Shown here in pieces: positions 28,323-38,909 of a stretch of 64,000 bases of DNA (positions are counted from its first letter, which is position 1; every line of letters starts with the position of its first letter). Position numbers and translations under genes: made by a program. Under the pieces are notes generated by a model. That model was given only the letters and a program-made list of their open reading frames with translations, was not told where the DNA came from and made no database searches. The stretch comes from an uncultured delta proteobacterium (GTDB lineage: Bacteria; Desulfobacterota; Syntrophia; Syntrophales; UBA2185): positions 384,001 through 448,000 of the forward strand of contig CAVSPA010000006.1 of NCBI GenBank assembly GCA_963729715.1. Reading direction: 5' to 3'.

Positions 28323-29767
28323 CGTCACATAGACCGAGGGTCAGATTTGCACCATCGCCGACGGGAGACCTTCATGTCGGGAATGCGAGAACGGCCCTGT
28401 TTAATTGGCTCTTTGCCAAGCACTATGGTGGCGACTTCATCCTGCGGATAGAAGACACCGATCAGGAAAGGACTTCTCCTGTCTTTGAAAAGAACATTCT
28501 TGAAGATCTGAAATGGCTCTCTCTGGAATGGGATGAAGGCCCGGAGAAGGGCGGCAGTCTGGGGCCGTACCATCAGATTAAGAGGCTTGACCTCTACGAT
28601 AAATACATAAGAGAGCTGAAGAGCGCCGGCAAAGTATACCCCTGTTACTGTACGGAAGAAGAATTGGAGGCGGAACGCGCCTCACTCCTCGCCATGAGGA
28701 TGATGCCGAGGTACATGGGGAAGTGTAAGAAACTGACGGACAAGGAACGTGAGGCGCTTGAAGAGAGCGGCAGGAAATCGGCCCTTCGTTTCAGCGTGGA
28801 CAAAGGGGCTATCGAATTTAACGATCTCATTCGGGGAGAAATGAAATTTGAGGGTGAGGCCATCGGTGATTTTATTATAGTCCGTTCCAATCGTATTCCT
28901 TCGTATAACTTTGCCGCCGTCGTGGACGATCACCTTATGGAGATTACCCATGTCATCCGCGGAGAAGACCACCTCTCCAACACGGCGATTCAGCTTCTTC
29001 TCTATAGAGCCCTTGATTTTGAACCGCCTGTATTTGCCCACCATTCACTCGTTCTGGGGAAAGACCGCACAAAATTGAGCAAACGTCATGGGTCGGTCAC
29101 CGTCCGGGAATTTAGAAGCAGGGGAATCCTGTCTCCCGCGCTCTTAAACTATCTGTCTCTTCTCGGAGGTTCGCTCGGGGAAGGAAAAGAAGTTGCTTCC
29201 ATGGAAGAGATCATCAACATGTTTTCTCTCGAGAGGGCCGGCAAGAGTGGGGCCATCTTTGATGAAGCCAAGCTAAAATGGCTGAATGCAATATACATCA
29301 GGAATTGCGATGTGGATAAGCTTACGGAATTGCTTCTCCCGTTTATCAGAGAGGCCGGCTATGACGTTGATCTTATGAATCGCGAATGGCTTCATCAGGT
29401 TGTTGAGGCTCTGAGAGACAACCTCGCGACATTGGCCGACGTCGGTCTATACCTGGATATTTTTATTGACGACAGGTACTCAATGTCAGACGAGGCGAGG
29501 GCGATCCTCAGGGAGGATACTGCTGCCGTAGTGAGAGTACTTCACGAAGAGTTGGAGCAGCGAAACATTCCTGAGCGAGATTTCTACCATGATCTGATCA
29601 GATCCGTGAAGAGAAGGACGGGCCTTAAGGCAAAGAATCTGTTTCTCCCGATCAGGGCAGCGGTGACGGGCAGGATCTCGGGACCAGAGCTGGAAAAAGT
29701 CTTTGCTATTCTCGGTAAAGAATCAATCGTGAGACGGCTGGAGCACGCAATGCAAATAGCCACCTGA
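28319..29767 (+). CDS. gltX: Glutamate-tRNA ligase
   Basis: RFAPSPTGDLHVGN, LRIEDTD, HVIRGEDH, KLSKRHG. Confidence 0.96.
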   Translation: MTSHRPRVRFAPSPTGDLHVGNARTALFNWLFAKHYGGDFILRIEDTDQERTSPVFEKNILEDLKWLSLEWDEGPEKGGSLGPYHQIKRLDLYDKYIRELKSAGKVYPCYCTEEELEAERASLLAMRMMPRYMGKCKKLTDKEREALEESGRKSALRFSVDKGAIEFNDLIRGEMKFEGEAIGDFIIVRSNRIPSYNFAAVVDDHLMEITHVIRGEDHLSNTAIQLLLYRALDFEPPVFAHHSLVLGKDRTKLSKRHGSVTVREFRSRGILSPALLNYLSLLGGSLGEGKEVASMEEIINMFSLERAGKSGAIFDEAKLKWLNAIYIRNCDVDKLTELLLPFIREAGYDVDLMNREWLHQVVEALRDNLATLADVGLYLDIFIDDRYSMSDEARAILREDTAAVVRVLHEELEQRNIPERDFYHDLIRSVKRRTGLKAKNLFLPIRAAVTGRISGPELEKVFAILGKESIVRRLEHAMQIAT

Positions 29768-30067
29768 CAGTTGATCCATATCTTTTACCCTGATTCTTTA
29801 CAGACACAACGTTGTGAATGTTACCGATTAACGGTTGAAACATCGCTTGCGTCCGTTATCCGCATGCTTATCAAGAATCACCTCACCTTATGATATTCCG
29901 CCTTAATCAGCAAATTGGAAGCGGGCAGTCAGGTTTCTAGCGGCCACAAATCAGGATATTACCGATTGTGAATCAGTGTCCAGTTCTGTATGTAAAAACT
30001 AAATATTGTTGTGCTCTATAATCACTCGATCACCTTTGTTGTGCGAGAGCCGAGATGATGGGGGTTG

Positions 30068-30085
30068 CATGAAACCGGTTTCATG
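30068..30085. promoter_or_regulatory. Perfect 18-bp palindrome, operator-like
   Basis: CATGAAACC|GGTTTCATG, about 50 bp upstream of the small membrane-protein ORF. Confidence 0.5.
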
Positions 30086-30134
30086 GATCGATTTATAATC
30101 CGAGAGAATCTCATGCTTCCCAAAGGAGGTTCAA

Positions 30135-30311
30135 ATGCTGCGGTTGGCTACCGCCGTGCTGATTGTCTTATGGCTATTGGGGCTCATAACTGGTTTTACG
30201 ATGAGTTCATTCATTCATGTCCTTCCCGTGCTTGCCATTATTATCGAATTGATCAGGATCGGGGACTCGGATGAGAAAACCTTTGCGGCGAACTCGCAAA
30301 TAGAAGAATGA
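30135..30311 (+). CDS. Small membrane protein, lmo0937/DUF5670-like (58 aa)
   Basis: Below the ORF-track cutoff; strong RBS AAAGGAGGT; MLRLATAVLIVLWLLGLITGFTMSSFIHVLPVLAIIIELIRIG... Confidence 0.75.
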   Translation: MLRLATAVLIVLWLLGLITGFTMSSFIHVLPVLAIIIELIRIGDSDEKTFAANSQIEE

Positions 30312-30460
30312 ACTTTACATAAAGCAGATATGCGAGAGCAGATGGACGAATAGGCCGGCTTTTTCTATATGACGCCATTCCTGTTTCCGGCACGGAACGC
30401 GTGATAAACACAGCTGCGTGGGTCAATTCACTTCCTGAAAAATTAGTTCTCAACTTTGAA

Positions 30461-30489
30461 TTGACATTTTCACCCTTCCCGTTTAGACT
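30461..30489 (+). promoter_or_regulatory. Putative sigma70 promoter of the DUF2284 gene
   Basis: TTGACA-N17-TAGACT. Confidence 0.55.
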
Positions 30490-30525
30490 CCACCAAGATC
30501 ACCAATTCATATTAAGGAGAGCCGC

Positions 30526-31065
30526 ATGAAAGGATCGGACCTGGAAAAATATTGTGAAAAAGCCATTCAAAGCGGAGCGACCCACGCCAAAGAGATTCAT
30601 CCGAACAGCGTCGTAACGGCCCCCTGGGTCATGATGAAATGCCTGTACGGATGCCAGTACAGGGCAGGCTTCTGCTGCCCTCCCCATTCGCCCACGCATG
30701 ACCAGACGAGAGAGGTCTTGGGCTCTTATCGACGTGCCATCCTCTTTCATCGGGAAGCTCCCAGGACCAAAGAACGGGGGGAGCTAAACATGAAATACTT
30801 CGACATGCTCCTGACGATGGAAGGAGACCTCTTCAAGGACGGCTATTACAAGGCCTTTGCGATACTGGCCGGTCCCTGCGCACTGTGCAAGGAGTGCGGT
30901 AAAGTCCAGGGAATTCCCTGCCGATTCCCGGCTAAGGCAAGACCGTCTATGGAAGCATGCGGAATCGACGTTTTCCAGACGGCGAGGAACAGCGGCTTTT
31001 TCATAGAAACCCTCCGAGAGAAAACAGAAACACAAAACCTTTATTGCCTCATACTTGTCGATTGA
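30526..31065 (+). CDS. DUF2284 family Cys-rich metal-binding protein
   Basis: KCLYGC..Y....CCPP, GPCALCKEC, CRFPAKARPSMEACGIDVF. Confidence 0.88.
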   Translation: MKGSDLEKYCEKAIQSGATHAKEIHPNSVVTAPWVMMKCLYGCQYRAGFCCPPHSPTHDQTREVLGSYRRAILFHREAPRTKERGELNMKYFDMLLTMEGDLFKDGYYKAFAILAGPCALCKECGKVQGIPCRFPAKARPSMEACGIDVFQTARNSGFFIETLREKTETQNLYCLILVD

Positions 31066-31420
31066 TATTCTTCTTTAACTAATTGAAGTCGTGCATGCCG
31101 GAAATTTGCAGGGTTCAGTGAGCAGTCAGGGTTACAAAAATATGGCAAAAAAAGAAAATGACTTCGACATAATCCGTGAGCAACGGGGGTTCATCAAGCT
31201 GATCGGTCAATAAAGGGAAAAGCCGCATACACGGCTCTCCAAGTCTAAATTTGCGCCGAGGGTAAGTGAAGAATGTCCCGTAAAGGGAAAGAAGATCGAA
31301 CCGGAAAGCGAGAGAAAAGCGGATTTCTATCTTGACCAAAATGGGTCTATAAGATATATATTGCCGTCCTTTTCCCGGGAAAAATATTAAACTGATTGGA
31401 CGCTGAAGAAAGGGGGCACT

Positions 31421-32614
31421 ATGAAATTTATTGACGAGATCGATCTCAAGGGTAAAAAGGTTTTATTCAGGTTTGACTATAATGTTCCTTTGGACAGTAC
31501 CTTGAACATAACTGATGATATCAGAATAAGAGCGACGCTTCCGACGATTAATTATGCCCTCGATGAGGGAGCAAAAGTGATAATTATGTCTCATCTCGGA
31601 CGCCCCAAAGGAAAGGTTTCTCCTGAGTTTAGTCTTGCTCCGGTGGCGAAAAGGTTATCCCGGCTCCTGAACAAGGAGGTCATGTTGGCAAAAGACTGCA
31701 TCGGCAGCGAGGTCAAAAAATTAGTTGCAGGCATGACTCCGGGGAGCGTTGTCCTTCTTGAGAACCTGAGGTTCCACACTGAAGAGGAAAAGAATGCCGA
31801 CGAATTTGCTAAGGAACTGGCCAGTCTCGGGGATGTTTATATTGACGATGCCTTCGGAAATGCCCACAGAAAACATGCATCAAATGTGGGAATCATCAAG
31901 TTTATAAAAGAATCCGGGGCAGGCTTCCTGATAAAGCAGGAGTTGAATTACTTAAAGAAGGCTGTGGATAATCCGGCGAGACCATTTGTCGCTATTATCG
32001 GTGGTTCGAAAGTATCCGGCAAACTTGAACCGTTGCTACACCTGATTAAGAAAGTGGACAAGATGATTATCGGTGGGGGCATGGCTTTCACTTTCCTCAA
32101 AGCACAGGGATATGAGATCGGCAAATCCATTTTTGAAGAGGAACTCGTGCCAAAAGCAAAGGAGGTCATGGAGACAGCCAAGAAACTGGGTATAAAATTT
32201 TATTTGCCGGTTGACTGTGTCATCGCTGAGGATGCGAGCGCCGAGGCGGAAACCAAGATTGTCCCGGTGCAGGAAATCAATGCGAAATGGAAGGGTCTTG
32301 ACATCGGTCCTGCAACGATAACCCTCTTTACCGAGGTGCTCGGTAACGCCAAGACGATTGTGTGGAACGGTCCGATGGGGATGTTTGAAATCGATGCCTT
32401 CGGCAGGGGCACTTCGGCTTTGGCACACAGCATCGCGAATTCCTATGCAGTCACCATTGTCGGCGGGGGAGACACCGATGTCGCCATTCATAAAGCCGGA
32501 GAGAGCGATAGAATCACGTACATATCAACCGGCGGCGGGGCTTCTCTCGAGCTTCTCGCCGGTAAATCACTCCCGGCCATTGACGCCCTCGATGGAACGA
32601 AAAGCGCGACCTGA
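31421..32614 (+). CDS. pgk: Phosphoglycerate kinase
   Basis: [40 protein letters not shown]. Confidence 0.98.
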   Translation: MKFIDEIDLKGKKVLFRFDYNVPLDSTLNITDDIRIRATLPTINYALDEGAKVIIMSHLGRPKGKVSPEFSLAPVAKRLSRLLNKEVMLAKDCIGSEVKKLVAGMTPGSVVLLENLRFHTEEEKNADEFAKELASLGDVYIDDAFGNAHRKHASNVGIIKFIKESGAGFLIKQELNYLKKAVDNPARPFVAIIGGSKVSGKLEPLLHLIKKVDKMIIGGGMAFTFLKAQGYEIGKSIFEEELVPKAKEVMETAKKLGIKFYLPVDCVIAEDASAEAETKIVPVQEINAKWKGLDIGPATITLFTEVLGNAKTIVWNGPMGMFEIDAFGRGTSALAHSIANSYAVTIVGGGDTDVAIHKAGESDRITYISTGGGASLELLAGKSLPAIDALDGTKSAT

Positions 32615-32632
32615 TCATGAATCGGAACGACG

Positions 32633-32664
32633 AAGGGGGGGAATAAGCCCCCCTTTTTTGTTTT
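32633..32664 (+). terminator. Rho-independent terminator after pgk
   Basis: AAGGGGGG-loop-CCCCCCTT followed by a T-tract. Confidence 0.75.
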
Positions 32665-32717
32665 GAGGTGATTATTGCGCGAGTTGGACGGCAAACATTA
32701 GGAAGTGCCCGGCAGAT

Positions 32718-33458
32718 ATGGTACGCAATATAAAGATGATCATGGAGTACGATGGGACAAGGTATCACGGATGGCAACGCCAGGCCAATGGGCTCACTGT
32801 TCAGGAGGTTCTGGAAGAAGGCCTCAGTACGATTACCCAGGAAGACATCAGGGTTGTAGGCTCAGGCCGAACGGATGCGGGCGTTCATGCCTTGGGTCAG
32901 GTGGCAAACTTCAGAACGAATTCTAATATAGGGCTAAGAGGTCTTCTTCAAGGAATAAACAGCCTTCTGCCATGGGATATTGCGGTCAAGGAACTGGCCG
33001 AGGCAGATGCATCTTTTCATGCACGGCATGACGCCAAGAGTAAAATATACCTGTATCAGATATATCTTGGAACTGTCCGTCCGGCTCTGTGCAGACACTA
33101 TGCCTGGTTCATCCACGATACACTTGATATAGGGAAGATGAAGGAAGCGGCTCAGCTTCTCTTAGGGACTTTTGATTTTTCTTCCTTCTGCGCTACAAAT
33201 TGCGGTATCAGGAATCATGTAAGAACTGTGATGGCTGTTGATATGATAATAGACAGCCTCGGTATGGCAAAATTCTTTATAGAGGCAGACGGTTTCCTGA
33301 AATATATGGTAAGAAACATAGTCGGTACACTCGTTGATGTCGGAAGAGGGAAGCTCTCCCAAGCTGAATTGCTGAACATCGTGGAAGCAAAAGATAGAAG
33401 GCGGGCGGGTCAGACAGCTCCTGCGCACGGACTCTTCTTGAAGCAAGTGAAATACTAA
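32718..33458 (+). CDS. truA: tRNA pseudouridine(38-40) synthase
   Basis: YDGTRYHGWQ, SGRTDAGVHA, FHAR, GFLKYMVR, APAHGLFL. Confidence 0.97.
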   Translation: MVRNIKMIMEYDGTRYHGWQRQANGLTVQEVLEEGLSTITQEDIRVVGSGRTDAGVHALGQVANFRTNSNIGLRGLLQGINSLLPWDIAVKELAEADASFHARHDAKSKIYLYQIYLGTVRPALCRHYAWFIHDTLDIGKMKEAAQLLLGTFDFSSFCATNCGIRNHVRTVMAVDMIIDSLGMAKFFIEADGFLKYMVRNIVGTLVDVGRGKLSQAELLNIVEAKDRRRAGQTAPAHGLFLKQVKY

Positions 33459-33474
33459 TTAAGGGGTGTGGCTG

Positions 33475-34317
33475 ATGAAGATTCTCATATTGGGCCACAA
33501 GGGCATGCTCGGGAGCGATCTTCTTTTGAGGCTCTTGGCTTTTCATGACGTGGCGGGTCTGGATATAGAAGACATCGACATTGCCTCTTCCGAGGCCTGC
33601 GAAAAAGCCATTTCAGAAATTGAGCCCGATGTAATTGTCAACGCCGCTGCCTACACGGATGTTGACGGCTGCGAATCGAATAGCGAGAAATGTTTCTCCG
33701 TCAATGCGGAGGGAATGAAGAATATTGCATTATCATGCCGGGAGCGGGGCATAAGGATAGTTCATTTCAGCACGGATTACGTCTTTGACGGGAAGAAGCA
33801 AACACCCTATGTGGAAGACGATACATGCAATCCCATCAATGTCTACGGCCAGTCAAAGCTTGCAGGGGAACAGTATTTGAAGCAATTTTCCGACAACTTC
33901 CTCCTCATACGATCGGCGTGGCTTTACGGAAAGAGGGGGAAGAATTTTGTTAAGACAATTGTGGAAAAGGCAAAAACAGAGAAGTATCTGGAAGTGGTGG
34001 ACGACCAAGTAGGGTCTCCCACATTCACGTGGGATCTGGCGGGCGCCGTTCAACTGTTGATTGAGGGTCAGTATACCGGGACATTCCATGTAACCAACAG
34101 AGGTAATTGCAGTTGGTATGAATTCGCTGAGAAGATATTAAAGTTTGCCGGCATCACCGGGGTGACCGTAAATCCTATAAAATCAGATAAACTGGCAAGG
34201 CCGGCCCAGCGCCCGCATTACAGTGTCCTCAACTGTCGGAAATTTTCTCAGGCCACAGGAAAAACCATGAGATATTGGCAGGTTGCCGTTGATGATTATA
34301 TCGGCAAAGTAATATAG
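33475..34317 (+). CDS. rfbD: dTDP-4-dehydrorhamnose reductase
   Basis: GHKGMLG, NAAAYTDVD, STDYVFDG, YGQSKLAGE, DQVGSPT. Confidence 0.95.
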   Translation: MKILILGHKGMLGSDLLLRLLAFHDVAGLDIEDIDIASSEACEKAISEIEPDVIVNAAAYTDVDGCESNSEKCFSVNAEGMKNIALSCRERGIRIVHFSTDYVFDGKKQTPYVEDDTCNPINVYGQSKLAGEQYLKQFSDNFLLIRSAWLYGKRGKNFVKTIVEKAKTEKYLEVVDDQVGSPTFTWDLAGAVQLLIEGQYTGTFHVTNRGNCSWYEFAEKILKFAGITGVTVNPIKSDKLARPAQRPHYSVLNCRKFSQATGKTMRYWQVAVDDYIGKVI

Positions 34318-34391
34318 TAAATTGTTAGTGCCCGGATTGCCTCATAGGCAAGCACTGCAGTGGTTTCTTCAATAAAATTCCTGAAATAATC

Positions 34392-34420
34392 TTGACACTC
34401 TATGGCTATTTCAGTATATT
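34392..34420 (+). promoter_or_regulatory. Putative sigma70 promoter upstream of the exported-protein cluster
   Basis: TTGACA-N17-TATATT. Confidence 0.65.
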
Positions 34421-34559
34421 CTTTCCCGCTTCCTTCCACTAGTATAGATGCATTTTTTTTAGGGGCGCAAATCTTTGTAATCCTGAGATATTGCAGCAAG
34501 AGACACGCTATATCCATCTCCACTATATCTTAAAAAAATAATTAAACGGACGACTTACT

Positions 34560-34667
34560 ATGAAAAGATTGTTAAGTTTCATCTGCGTAGCCGGCATGAT
34601 TCTTATTTTTTCTTCCCTCGTGGTGCATGCCCAGGATAAGGTCCGGGCAGCCCTTGTTTCAACATGA
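34560..34667 (+). other. 35-codon ORF that is almost only a Sec signal peptide (micro-protein or gene remnant)
   Basis: MKRLLSFICVAGMILIFSSLVVHA|QDKVRAALVST*. Confidence 0.4.
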
Positions 34668-34727
34668 GAATGCATATCTCAAAATAAAGACATCTGTATT
34701 TTTTAAAGTTATGAGGAGGGATTTACC

Positions 34728-35051
34728 ATGACCTTGCGGCAGAAAAAAGGTTTACGCAGTTGTACCGTCAGGCAGAAATGGGTGATTCTTCTCACCACCA
34801 TCTTCGTCTCTGCATTATCTTTTGCAGCCGAAACAATGAAATACCAGGTTGTAGCCGGCAGTGATGACAAGGCATATCTTGTCGATACGACAACCGGATA
34901 TGTGTGGGTGCTGACCTATCGTACGCTCGCGACCGGGAGGGAACCTATTGCCATACCCTATAAATTTATTAAAGTGTCGCCCAAAGGTCAACCCGAATTC
35001 CTGATTGAGAGTATTCACGGAGCTTCCATGCCGACGGGCGAAAAGCCGTAG
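34728..35051 (+). CDS. Hypothetical exported protein
   Basis: GAGGAGG RBS; signal peptide ending SFA|A; YLVDTTTGYVW. Confidence 0.7.
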   Translation: MTLRQKKGLRSCTVRQKWVILLTTIFVSALSFAAETMKYQVVAGSDDKAYLVDTTTGYVWVLTYRTLATGREPIAIPYKFIKVSPKGQPEFLIESIHGASMPTGEKP

Positions 35052-35135
35052 CTATAAACGGCAGGTTTCAGTGTCGGCTCCGGTTTTTGGGAAAAGAAGT
35101 TTAATATCTTGAAATGCCATTTGGGGAGGCATCAA

Positions 35136-37892
35136 ATGAAAAGAGTATTGCGACGGTCCATACTGATTATTCTAATTCTGCCTTTGATGGTTATGTTTCA
35201 GAGCTGCGTAGTTGCCACAAAGGAAACTGCCATCACGCCTCAGATCAGAGATCCCTTTAAGGGCACGTACAAAGTAGACCCTTACATGGAAAAGCACAAA
35301 CCCCAAACCGTTGCGGTTCTTCCCTTCGTCAATCTGGCAAAAAGCCAGAAAGGGTCTGAGGAGGTCCGCAAGGCATTTTACAATCACATGAGCTCCCTGC
35401 CGTATAAAGGCATGAAACCTTATGTCGTGGATAATAATTTGAGGAAGGCGGGACTCGACGATCCGGAGGCCATCAACAAGATGTCTCCCCAGGAGTTGGG
35501 CAAGATCCTCGGTGTGGATGCCGTCGTCTACGGCAATATCTCGGATTTTGACAAGTTGTTTGCAGTTATCTATTCCTCCGTCTCTGTGGGAGCGGAGATC
35601 AAGATGTATGATACCAAGACAGGCAACTTTCTCTGGAGCGGCCAGCACGTCGCCCGCATTCAGGAAGGCGGCATTTCTACTAATCCTGTCGGCATCATTG
35701 CGACGGTCATTGCCACGGCCATGAATTTGAGGGACATCCAATTGCTCCGAGCCTGTGATGATCTCTTTAGGGACATGGTGAAGACAATCCCCGTGCCGAC
35801 CAGAGCAGAAGCCCTCCGGCCGCCCGTCATCACTCTCCTCACGCAGGATACGAAAAATATGCCGAAGAAGGCGGGCGATGAAATCAAGGTGGTCATTCAG
35901 GGTGCGCCCAAGATGCAGGCCTATTTCGATATCGGTGATTTTAAAAGAAACATAGATATGCAGGAAGTTGAAGCGGGCGGATACCTGGGCGTCTACAAAG
36001 TCATTCCCGGGGATAACGTGACAAAGGCCGTGATTACGGGCTATCTCAGGGATGAAGCAGGCAATACCGCTCAGTGGGTTGATGCAGTAGGAACGGTAAC
36101 TCTCGACACCATACCGCCTGATAAAATCAAGAACGTCAGGGCCGTCGGAAGAAATAAGGTCGTTTTTCTCGGCTGGGAAAAGTCGCAAGCCACGGACCTC
36201 GCGGGATACCTGGTCTATCGCAGCAACACCCCTCTTTCCGGTTTCCAGCAGATTGCGAAGACGGAATTGAACGAATACCGCGATGAGAATCTCGTCAATG
36301 CGCAGAAATATTACTATCAGGTTACTGCTGTAGACTGGGCGGGTAACGAAAGCGACAAGTCTGATACCATGACCGGCATGCCTGTGGAGCCCGGGCCGAC
36401 GCCTGTTTCCGGCATCATTGAATCCGATACCACCTGGTATGCAGGCGCGAGTCCTTATATAATCAAGAATGCAGTGATCGTCAAAGACAAGGCCCTTCTC
36501 ACTATTGAGCCGGGCACAGAGATACGCTCACAGGGAGGCGCCCTTGTGATCGAAGGAAGGCTCATTGCGCAGGGGGATGAGGAGCACATTATTCTGTTCG
36601 ATGCGGCCGAAGGCGTGAAATCTTGGGACGGCATAGCCTTCAGCAACGTCAAGGAAAAGGAAAATCTGGTCAAGTTCTGCCGCATCAGGAATGCGGCAAC
36701 GGGGATCACATGCCAGGCGTCTTCACCGCAAATAGAAGCCTCTGAGCTTACGGATAACGACGTTGCCATAAAGGTCTCGGGCGCCTTTTCCAAACCGCAG
36801 GTCGTGAAGAATACAATCCATAAAAACATGGAAGCCGGGATCGTTATTACAGACGGAGCCCAGCCCAAGCTGATGGAGAACAATATCCAGGATAACATCA
36901 AAGAGGGCATCGTGATTCAGTCGTCTGCCCCCTTAATTACTCACAACAGGATTACGCGAAATGAGGGGCAGGGAATAATTGTAAAGAACTCCCATCCCGT
37001 AATTAATGAAAACGATATAAATGACAACAGGCAATTTGATATAGCGGGCGATATGACGGGAGAAGCCGTCAACGCCCTGAACAACTGGTGGGGCTCTGCC
37101 AAGGGTCTCGAGATACTGGCGAGGATCCACGGGAAGATCAACATAAAGTCCGTTCTTAATGCATCCTATCCTGAAGGGAAGCCGCAGGAGCTGCCCATAC
37201 TGAATCAGATCCTCGGCGGACCTATCAGGGCGGACGCCTTCCTCATCCTTTCCAACAGTCCTTACCGGGTGGCAAAGGATGTCGTAATCGATGGCGGGGC
37301 GACCCTGTATATCGAACCCGGTGTGACGGTCGAATACGACCAGAATACATCCATCATTACGGAAGACGGAGGTGTTGTGGCAAAGGGCACCAAGCGGTAC
37401 CCGATCGTATTTACGGCTTCCGGTAATTCTCCGTCTCCCGGTTTTTATAATAATGCCGTAAGACTGACGAAACCTACAAAGGTAAACAGCGCCTTTGCAT
37501 ACTGTATCGTCAAATTTGCAAACATCGCTTTTGACATTTATTATGGCGCGCCGGAAATCTCGTCTTGCAGAATTGCGCACAATGCGCAGGGTGGCATATA
37601 CACCCGTAATGACGCGTCCCCGAGGGTATTCTATAATACATTTGCCGGCAACCTCGGAGAAGGTGCCATCAAGTGCGTAGGGATGTCGAATCCCGTCATA
37701 CATAATAATAACTTCATCGACAACACAGTAGCCATCCAGACATTCTCCTCCATCTATATCGATGCGAGAAACAACTGGTGGGGCAGTAGCAGGCCCGATC
37801 AGAACGTAATCTGGGGAGATCTGGAGAAAAATATCAATATTAAGCCATGGTTACAAGCCCCGGAAAGCAAGGCATTTACGGAAAAGAAATAA
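35136..37892 (+). CDS. Large lipoprotein: DUF799/GNA1162-like domain, Ig/FN3 region and two parallel beta-helix modules
   Basis: Lipobox FQSC; VAVLPFVN...PQELGKILGVDAVVYGNI; FN3 (DLAGYLVYRS, YYYQVTAVDWAGNES); two SPY...LxIEPG...NNWWGS modules. Confidence 0.75.
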   Translation: MKRVLRRSILIILILPLMVMFQSCVVATKETAITPQIRDPFKGTYKVDPYMEKHKPQTVAVLPFVNLAKSQKGSEEVRKAFYNHMSSLPYKGMKPYVVDNNLRKAGLDDPEAINKMSPQELGKILGVDAVVYGNISDFDKLFAVIYSSVSVGAEIKMYDTKTGNFLWSGQHVARIQEGGISTNPVGIIATVIATAMNLRDIQLLRACDDLFRDMVKTIPVPTRAEALRPPVITLLTQDTKNMPKKAGDEIKVVIQGAPKMQAYFDIGDFKRNIDMQEVEAGGYLGVYKVIPGDNVTKAVITGYLRDEAGNTAQWVDAVGTVTLDTIPPDKIKNVRAVGRNKVVFLGWEKSQATDLAGYLVYRSNTPLSGFQQIAKTELNEYRDENLVNAQKYYYQVTAVDWAGNESDKSDTMTGMPVEPGPTPVSGIIESDTTWYAGASPYIIKNAVIVKDKALLTIEPGTEIRSQGGALVIEGRLIAQGDEEHIILFDAAEGVKSWDGIAFSNVKEKENLVKFCRIRNAATGITCQASSPQIEASELTDNDVAIKVSGAFSKPQVVKNTIHKNMEAGIVITDGAQPKLMENNIQDNIKEGIVIQSSAPLITHNRITRNEGQGIIVKNSHPVINENDINDNRQFDIAGDMTGEAVNALNNWWGSAKGLEILARIHGKINIKSVLNASYPEGKPQELPILNQILGGPIRADAFLILSNSPYRVAKDVVIDGGATLYIEPGVTVEYDQNTSIITEDGGVVAKGTKRYPIVFTASGNSPSPGFYNNAVRLTKPTKVNSAFAYCIVKFANIAFDIYYGAPEISSCRIAHNAQGGIYTRNDASPRVFYNTFAGNLGEGAIKCVGMSNPVIHNNNFIDNTVAIQTFSSIYIDARNNWWGSSRPDQNVIWGDLEKNINIKPWLQAPESKAFTEKK

Positions 37893-38036
37893 TATGATTT
37901 CGTGATTGAAACCTTTGGCGCATTCTGTTATTTTACGCTGGCGTTTTTGAAGAGGAGATACGTACATCAATTCTGAAGAGGGTTGATTATGTACTTTTGT
38001 GGGTGAGTTTCCTAAACCAACAGTAAGGAGGATTTT

Positions 38037-38909
38037 ATGAGGGCGAAACTAATCGTAACAGTGGGTGTTATCGTAAGCATGTTGTTCCTCTATACAGGGA
38101 TCGGTTTTAGTCAGGAAAAAGTCAGCGGGTCGGAATGGACTCAGATTGTCGAACAGATGGGCGATAAAGGAAAGATCAACTGGTCGGAAGGCTATATCGA
38201 GGCAGTGGGGATCGGCGCCCCTCCCGAACGGTACATAGGAAAACCTCAGGCTCGTCCCATGGCCATGAGGGCGGCCAAAGTCGACGCCTACCGTAATTTG
38301 CTCGAGGCGACAAAGGGCGTGCGCGTTGATTCGACGACAGTCGTCAAGGATTTTACGGTGGAGAGCGACACCATCAATGCAGCGGTAGAAGGCCTTGTAA
38401 GAGGGGCTAAGGTGGTAAATCAGGACTACCTCTCCGACGGAACTGTGGAAGTGACTTTGAGAATGCCTATGGCGGGCGGTTTTGCGCAGGTCATTGTGCC
38501 CAAGGCACTTGAGAAAAAACCCGAGGCCGCTCCTCCCGCACCCCCGGCAGGACCGGCGCCGTCAGGCGATGTCTTCACCGGCATGGTGGTTGACGCGAGA
38601 GGGCTCCAGGCCCGGCCGGCGATGGCACCTAAAGTCATCGATGAGAATGGCAAGGAAGTCTATGGCTCCATGAATGTTGATAAACAATTTGCCGTTCAGC
38701 AGGGCATGAGCGGTTATGCAAGGGATCTTACGGCAGCACAGAGTAATCCGCGGGTAACAAACAATCCTGTCAGCGTTAAGGGAATCAAGACCGAAGGGCC
38801 GGGCAAGTCCGATATCGTCATCAGTAATGCCGATGCCGACAAGATCAGAGGCGCTGCAGACAATATGACATTTTTGAAAAAGTGCAGGGTCATGATAGTT
38901 CTGGATTGA
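38037..38909 (+). CDS. LPP20-like exported protein
   Basis: Signal peptide; INWSEGYIEAVGIG, AMRAAKVDAYRNLLE, Pro/Ala linker, TGMVVDARG...PAMAP. Confidence 0.7.
   Translation: MRAKLIVTVGVIVSMLFLYTGIGFSQEKVSGSEWTQIVEQMGDKGKINWSEGYIEAVGIGAPPERYIGKPQARPMAMRAAKVDAYRNLLEATKGVRVDSTTVVKDFTVESDTINAAVEGLVRGAKVVNQDYLSDGTVEVTLRMPMAGGFAQVIVPKALEKKPEAAPPAPPAGPAPSGDVFTGMVVDARGLQARPAMAPKVIDENGKEVYGSMNVDKQFAVQQGMSGYARDLTAAQSNPRVTNNPVSVKGIKTEGPGKSDIVISNADADKIRGAADNMTFLKKCRVMIVLD

Noticed and set aside
29768..30060. Expected tRNA genes after gltX; 12-bp palindrome CACAACGTTGTG
   Set aside because: No cloverleaf or T-loop GTTCGA motif seen; the short palindrome alone is not significant
31142..31213. 23-codon ORF MAKKENDFDIIREQRGFIKLIGQ
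   Set aside because: No clear RBS or family match; cannot be supported as a gene or remnant
35172..37703. 338-aa and 256-aa minus-strand ORFs
   Set aside because: Antisense to the large lipoprotein gene; explained by codon bias, no motifs
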